A DNA stretch of 64,000 nucleotides, taken from positions 393 through 64,392 of the forward strand of contig JAJDXV010000021.1 of the NCBI GenBank assembly GCA_022823085.1, written 5' to 3'. Shown one piece after another: positions 58,579 to 64,000 of the stretch; position 1 is the stretch's first letter, and every line of letters begins with the position of its first letter. The translations under genes and the position numbers were made by a program. The notes below the pieces were generated by a model. The model was given only the letters and a program-made list of their open reading frames with translations. It was not told the origin of the DNA and made no database searches. Origin of the DNA: Candidatus Poribacteria bacterium. Its GTDB lineage: Bacteria; Poribacteria; WGA-4E; WGA-3G.

Positions 58579-58833
58579 ATGGAGGATATTATTATGGTCA
58601 AAATAGTTGCTAATCCAAGAATCCTTGGCGGAAAACCGATTGTTGAAGGCACGCGTTTGAGCGTTGAACATATATTGGGGTTATTGGCAAGCGGTATGTC
58701 ATACGAAGAGATCATCGCGGACTATCCGATTTTAACGGAAGAAAGCATTCGGGCTGTCCTTGGCTATGCAGCAAAAGCCCTCCGCAATGAAATTTATATT
58801 GATGTTGTCTCAGATCGGGCTGGAGATTCTTAG
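58579..58833 (+). CDS. DUF433 family antitoxin-like protein
   Basis: ILGGKPIVEGTRLSV...IIADYPILTEESIRAVLGYA. Confidence 0.88.
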   Translation: MEDIIMVKIVANPRILGGKPIVEGTRLSVEHILGLLASGMSYEEIIADYPILTEESIRAVLGYAAKALRNEIYIDVVSDRAGDS

Positions 58834-58835
58834 CG

Positions 58836-59195
58836 ATGCTCCCACCACTTGTTGCTGATGTCAACATTGCTTCTCGGGTTGTTCAATTTCTGCGGTCGCA
58901 GGGTGTGGATGTGGTATCTGCTTGTGAGGAGGGCTGGGGCCCCTACGAGGATGAAGATATTCTTGCAACAGCACACGCGATGAACAGGTTTGTTTTAACA
59001 CATGATTCCGATTTCGGGACACTTGTTGTTCATCAGAAACACCCGAGCACTGGGATCATCCACCTGCGGCCAGGTGGGCGTACGGCATCAGAGATTATTG
59101 ACGACTTGCAAGATCTACTCAAAAAGCCTGTGGATTGGACCCCGCCGTTACTTGCGGTTTACCAATCCGGCCACTTGCGGATCCGCAGACTTTAG
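58836..59195 (+). CDS. DUF5615 PIN-like toxin
   Basis: ADVNI...DEDIL...VLTHDSDFG; directly follows DUF433. Confidence 0.85.
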   Translation: MLPPLVADVNIASRVVQFLRSQGVDVVSACEEGWGPYEDEDILATAHAMNRFVLTHDSDFGTLVVHQKHPSTGIIHLRPGGRTASEIIDDLQDLLKKPVDWTPPLLAVYQSGHLRIRRL

Positions 59196-59266
59196 CGGAA
59201 ATTCACAGAAACCTGTTGCTCGTTCGATCGCGAAAATTAACTTATCGAAAAATGTCAGAAAATGCC

Positions 59267-60229
59267 CTAATACCCATCCGTATACCAAAAGACATGATGC
59301 GACTGGATGCCTTGTGATAAAGATTGCGGTTGATTGTGTAATAGATCCGGGATTGAATCATAAGAATAGGGAAGCGCATCCGGTTGATTGATGCGATACA
59401 TTGTACTGCCGTGTTCCTCAATGACGGGCGCATTGAAGCCGTCTGCAATCGCGGCAGGATAGATAACTTCAAGCGACTCGGCATCTATTCGCGCTACGAC
59501 ATTAGAGAGCAGCTCTTCAAAAAGCCGCTGACCCCGATCCTCAGCAAAGATGGGCTCTGAAACGAAGAATTCCTCAACGTTTAATCGCGCCTCACGGTGG
59601 ACGACGGAGACATAGCCTTCAATAGTGCCATCACGTTCAGCGACCCAAGCACTCGGAGACTCCATCCGCACCCATTCTGTCCAATAAGCCATAGCATCCC
59701 TGACAAAAGTGCCGTTGAATTTGCGTGCATAAGCATCATAAAGCGCAGCGATCCGCTCCACTTCGGCGTGATCATCGAAATTTGCCGGACGCACATCCCA
59801 CGCCACCAGCTTTCGGGCGGTCATGGATTGTTTCGCATAGTAGCGAGGCACCTTCTCCCACCCTTCGACCGAATAGATACGTTGGCTTCCATGAAGTGAG
59901 GAGGTAACAATATTACGGGACTCCATGAACCCGATCGCATCCTTGAGGAGCTGCGTCGCAAGTCCGCGCCGACGGTATTCCGAGCGCGTGCTGACTTCGC
60001 CGATACCACCGACAGTTACCGGTTCACCGTGTAAATACATCTTGCGGATAAAGACGCGTACCGTGCTGACGATTTTCCCATTATCAACTGCGATACGGAT
60101 ACCCTCTGGGTCCCGCCACGGATCGTTGTGCCAATGATTAGAAAAATATCGACGGCCCCCAGTAAAAACACTCGTGACATGGTCTAACCACGTCTCTAAT
60201 TCTTCAGCATTAAGTGCTCGAAACTCCAT
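59267..60229 (-). CDS. GNAT family N-acetyltransferase (Eis-like N-terminus)
   Basis: GGIGEVSTRSEYRRRGLATQLL. Confidence 0.85.
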   Translation of the reverse strand: MEFRALNAEELETWLDHVTSVFTGGRRYFSNHWHNDPWRDPEGIRIAVDNGKIVSTVRVFIRKMYLHGEPVTVGGIGEVSTRSEYRRRGLATQLLKDAIGFMESRNIVTSSLHGSQRIYSVEGWEKVPRYYAKQSMTARKLVAWDVRPANFDDHAEVERIAALYDAYARKFNGTFVRDAMAYWTEWVRMESPSAWVAERDGTIEGYVSVVHREARLNVEEFFVSEPIFAEDRGQRLFEELLSNVVARIDAESLEVIYPAAIADGFNAPVIEEHGSTMYRINQPDALPYSYDSIPDLLHNQPQSLSQGIQSHHVFWYTDGY

Positions 60230-60348
60230 AGTAACAAATCCCTCAAGCTAAAGTATGTCGCTTTTGACATCGTCAAAAGCGGATATACGGGGAATAGTGT
60301 TCATACGCAACGAATCTGAACGAACGCTTAGCGCATGGACAAAAAATC

Positions 60349-62364
60349 TCAAAACTTTATGGTCAATTCGCCAAGGAACTGGCGCGCCTGATTACGACTG
60401 CCAAAGACCTCGTAGAGATCGCCGGAAACATCATAGAACCTGCGAATAAAATTGCGGCTCGTTTCTGCGGGATTCAGATCGGCATAACGAAGCCATAGGT
60501 TCGTCCGCGACCAGATATCCCAATTGAGTTCAATAACCGTAGAACTCGCGTCCCCGGTATCAACTCTACGCTGTTTGTTGAGATCGACGTAGAGTGCGTC
60601 CTGAGTCAAATCGGATGTACCGTCAACACGCCCAACCGATAGGTTCAACTCCTTATAGCGATACCGGTTCGGGTTGGTGATGAACTTCAGGTTCGCGGCG
60701 AAAGCGTTCTCTAATGCCTGTGTCCCAAAGTCGTAACTGTCTTCCTTCTTTGCCGGCGTGATATACCGTTCATCTTGCTCTGCGTAGGTCAACTCGTCAA
60801 GAAACGTCAAGTGCCACCGTTCAGAGAGGCTATACGTCAATCCCAATAGATTTTTAAACTCTAATTGGTTGAGTTTATCTTCGACATCCGTTAAAACATC
60901 GATGTCCTCATAATCCTCAGTGTAGTTGTTCTGCAGATTCGCAGCGCGTAGACTATAAAAGCCGTTTATATGGGACGGTTTGACGGTAAAGTTTGTGATA
61001 GAATATTGCGCAATGCTAAAATCGCTGTCGTCCCGTAAGTAAAGATGTCCCGAAGCATCAAGAGCCAAGAAGGTTTGGTCGTGTTTCTCTTCGCTGAGTT
61101 GATCCGTTTCGTAGATGATACGTCCGATATACTGACCGTTGCTGTCAAATTTTTGGACTCTTGAAATTACGTTGTGCAAAAGCGTCAGGCGTAAGTCTTT
61201 ACGTTTCAGTTCTTCAGCGAGTTCTGCGTCGTCTTCCTCATCGGTTTCACCGGCGTAGTAGCGGCTGTATTCTGCCTCTTCCAGCAGACGGACGCGTCTA
61301 TTCAGGGCAGCAGTATCGGCGGCGGCTACTGGATTTTGGACAAACGGTCCATACTGTGCACGCGTTGCGTTGTTAATTGTATCGGCAAGTTCGGCTTGCC
61401 CAGGCGCGCTTTCCGTCAACTGCGTTAGTGTCGGTGAAAGTACAACAATCTCCGGCAACCCGCCAATTTTTCTGCGGAACTGACTGGCATCTTTAACAAG
61501 GACTTCCCCAGTAGGCAGCGTCGCGAGTGCCATCGGTTTCGTAAATTCACCGTTCCCGCGTCCTTTCCGTCCGAAACTGCCGAGCGATTTACCGGCTGCA
61601 TCAAACCTTACAATTCGATGATTACCGGTATCCGCGATGAGAACGTTCCCACGGGCATCAATTGCGATGTCCGCTGCATCCGTATCGAATTCGCCATCAC
61701 CTGCACCGTACCTACCGAAAGTGGTCATCTTTTCCCCGTCGGTACCGAACTTATGGATACGTCCGCGTTCGGCATCTAAAACGTAGAGTTCATTTTCTGC
61801 ATTGAGGGCAACACGAAGGGCTCTATCATACCCTCTCGGCTGAATCGCGAAAGCCGCCTTTCCGTCTTCATCAAGGATAAGACCCGCTGTCAAAACCACT
61901 TTCGGATAGACATCTACCACGTCAACAAAGTACGTATCCAAGAGCTTACCCACCGGGCTGAATTTGTGGACGCACGGCGCGAACATATAAATTTTCGGAT
62001 CGGTCTTTTCGGAGATATGATGTGCAGTTACATCGGCAACATAGATGTTTCCAACACTATCAACAGCGAGGTGTCTCGGTTTCCGTAAAATATTATCTGG
62101 GGATTCGGGTGTTTCTGGGATTTGAAACAGAAATTCTCCAGTCGCCGACAACTTCTGAATAAGCCGGTTTTCGGTATCACTGACGTAGATGTTCTGGCGA
62201 TCAAAGGCGAGGTAAATATCCTTACTGAACCGTCCGTCGGTTGAACCTTTGCCACCGAATTCACGCTCTAATTGGATAAAATCTACTGAAAATGCGGAGG
62301 GCAATCCGATGCCTAACAAACAGAAAAGAAATAGAGATCGTAAGATACGGATATGTTTTTTCAT
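60349..62364 (-). CDS. Secreted NHL-repeat protein with a beta-rich C-terminal domain
   Basis: Signal peptide; IYVSDTENRLIQK and IADTGNHRIVRF; ends GELTIKF. Confidence 0.8.
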   Translation of the reverse strand: MKKHIRILRSLFLFCLLGIGLPSAFSVDFIQLEREFGGKGSTDGRFSKDIYLAFDRQNIYVSDTENRLIQKLSATGEFLFQIPETPESPDNILRKPRHLAVDSVGNIYVADVTAHHISEKTDPKIYMFAPCVHKFSPVGKLLDTYFVDVVDVYPKVVLTAGLILDEDGKAAFAIQPRGYDRALRVALNAENELYVLDAERGRIHKFGTDGEKMTTFGRYGAGDGEFDTDAADIAIDARGNVLIADTGNHRIVRFDAAGKSLGSFGRKGRGNGEFTKPMALATLPTGEVLVKDASQFRRKIGGLPEIVVLSPTLTQLTESAPGQAELADTINNATRAQYGPFVQNPVAAADTAALNRRVRLLEEAEYSRYYAGETDEEDDAELAEELKRKDLRLTLLHNVISRVQKFDSNGQYIGRIIYETDQLSEEKHDQTFLALDASGHLYLRDDSDFSIAQYSITNFTVKPSHINGFYSLRAANLQNNYTEDYEDIDVLTDVEDKLNQLEFKNLLGLTYSLSERWHLTFLDELTYAEQDERYITPAKKEDSYDFGTQALENAFAANLKFITNPNRYRYKELNLSVGRVDGTSDLTQDALYVDLNKQRRVDTGDASSTVIELNWDIWSRTNLWLRYADLNPAETSRNFIRRFYDVSGDLYEVFGSRNQARQFLGELTIKF

Positions 62365-62421
62365 AATTTCCTAATGTTGTTGTAATTTAAAATCTTCCTA
62401 TTGCGAATTGTCTTTTTTATT

Positions 62422-62540
62422 AGGACTTACGTATGATGCTCTTTTGTACCACAAACTGTTAGTTTGTGACGCAAAAACGCTGTGTTTTCAGAAAACTTTC
62501 TTCTAACAGAACAGTCTACAGTCAAAATTGCGTAAGTCCT
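62422..62540. mobile_element. MITE, second copy of the AGGACTTACG family
   Basis: Similar throughout to 55908-56026. Confidence 0.75.
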
Positions 62541-62619
62541 ATTTATAATACGCGGTATTCATCCGAATGTCAAGGTAAAACATTTGTAAGAGGGATTTTG
62601 AATCCGTAACGCTTTGACT

Positions 62620-62721
62620 TATAGTGAAACCTAAAAATAAAGAGACACTTTCCTCCCCCGGTAGGTTCGGTTTCCTAACCGAACCTATGCAAAGTGTTCC
62701 ATTAATTCTAAACTTTACTAT
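62620..62721. mobile_element. MITE-like element with an internal GTAGGTTCGGTTTCCTAACCGAACC palindrome
   Basis: TATAGTGAA...TTTACTATA ends; the same palindrome occurs at about 3142. Confidence 0.55.
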
Positions 62722-62744
62722 AAATACAAGTATTAGGCGGATCC

Positions 62745-64000
62745 TCAATCTGGCAAAATCCGATATCCTGTGCTGACTCCAGTAATCATACCGATAATCG
62801 CCCAGAGTCCAGCACACGTCATCTCCCCGATCACGAGTCCAAGGAACACAGGTCTTGCACTCCGATAGGCTTTCAAACCGCCATATTTCACGATACTAAA
62901 CTTCAGTCCCCATCCCAAGAATATGGAGAACCAGAGTTTAAACGTCGCCCAAGAACTCAGCATTGTATAGCCGAGTGGATGCAGGGGCCACCACACAAAG
63001 GTCTGACGCATCCATATTAAGAAAGCAGTGAAGGTGCCTCCGACAACCATAAATCCAGTATTGGTCCAATTCGTGCTTGTCTTTGGACTCGTTAGGAGTC
63101 CCTCAAGTTGTCGCATGAACCAACTGCCGCCGGTATAAGGCGCACCGTGCGCGTAGCTAATTTTGATCGCGGAATAGTAGGACACCGCAAGTCCGATAAC
63201 CATTGCGGCCGCCATAGCGATCAGAAGCTGCCGCCGTTTGATACGGACCTCGTCCGCTGCTTTCAAACCGTTCATAATGTTCGGCATCATGAATTCACGG
63301 AGATCTAACGTCAGGCATACCGGATGCATCATCATCGATGTCAACGTGGATGGATGGATTTTTGAGGTGCCGAGCGTTGTTAAGAAAAAACTCTGCGGTG
63401 AAAAAGAGGGGTTGATGAACGGGATACCGCCGTTGATTACCTGCCATGTCAGCACGATATACATCGCCAGCAGAAATAAGACGAAACCGAGCGCGAATAA
63501 GAGCGACATCCCCATCAAATGATTGAAAAACACGAGAACACAGATACCACCGATGAGACCAAAGATCGTAACGCTATGCGGAAGGGCTTCATCAGAAGGA
63601 CGGAACTGGAGCATGTTTTTGATGTGATGCCTCGATTTCCAGAGTGCGATGGCGACAAACGTTAAGCACGCACCTGCCTCCTGCGCCGCACTAAACGATT
63701 TACCTGTCCACTGTACACCCGGGCCCGAAGTGAGTTGGAACCCGAACATCACGCCTAAGAGGCACTGCAGTTTGTAAAAGAGGAAGAAGAACCATATACT
63801 AAACGACACCTCCAAGGTCAGCAGATAACTGAACCCTACCATCGACCAGAAGATGACAATCTGAAATGGACGCAGCGCATTCCACGGACGATCGACGAGA
63901 TGCGGATCAAGCCAAAAATCGCGTGGGATATGTGGCGCGGCAGGAAAAAACGTGTGTAAGCCGTTCATCGTATGCCAGAACACAGGAAACGCAAACCCGA
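62745..64000 (-). CDS. DUF6785/DUF6784-like polytopic membrane protein (5' end lies outside the window)
   Basis: WWPLHPLGY and RPVFLGLVIGE; paralog of 52601-54532. Confidence 0.7.
   Translation of the reverse strand, partial: GFAFPVFWHTMNGLHTFFPAAPHIPRDFWLDPHLVDRPWNALRPFQIVIFWSMVGFSYLLTLEVSFSIWFFFLFYKLQCLLGVMFGFQLTSGPGVQWTGKSFSAAQEAGACLTFVAIALWKSRHHIKNMLQFRPSDEALPHSVTIFGLIGGICVLVFFNHLMGMSLLFALGFVLFLLAMYIVLTWQVINGGIPFINPSFSPQSFFLTTLGTSKIHPSTLTSMMMHPVCLTLDLREFMMPNIMNGLKAADEVRIKRRQLLIAMAAAMVIGLAVSYYSAIKISYAHGAPYTGGSWFMRQLEGLLTSPKTSTNWTNTGFMVVGGTFTAFLIWMRQTFVWWPLHPLGYTMLSSWATFKLWFSIFLGWGLKFSIVKYGGLKAYRSARPVFLGLVIGEMTCAGLWAIIGMITGVSTGYRILPD

Overview
Bacterial chromosomal window. The gene content (ECF sigma-WD40 fusion, tandem phytanoyl-CoA dioxygenases, NHL and ankyrin proteins, DUF6785-like membrane proteins, dense small intergenic repeats) suggests Candidatus Poribacteria; this is an inference. 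From left to right it contains: (1) mnmG-rsmG; (2) a partner-switching signalling cluster (STAS, histidine kinase, REC-PP2C, RsbW-like, STAS); (3) a degenerate AccD-like gene, galK, an ROK kinase and secreted NHL/outer-membrane proteins; (4) an ECF sigma-WD40 fusion; (5) an AT-richer defence island at about 21.2-36.9 kb; (6) metabolic and toxin-antitoxin genes; (7) an RDD/SpoIIM/DUF58/MoxR locus; (8) envelope genes and peptidases. The island carries an SBD-HNH nuclease and an SspBCD-like phosphorothioation module (DUF4007, ATPase, PAPS-reductase family). Where sspE would be expected, it has a GIY-YIG nuclease and two DGQHR/DndB-like paralogs. It also has a degenerate ADP-ribosylglycohydrolase, a TIGR02391 protein and a TIR protein. 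Best candidate novel system: the Ssp-like writer with a GIY-YIG plus twin-DGQHR effector set, preceded by a leader ORF with a C12 tract that reads through a terminator-like hairpin and overlaps the sspB start (a possible phase-variable switch). No rRNA, tRNA or CRISPR array was recognised. All family assignments come from motif recognition by eye, not database searches.
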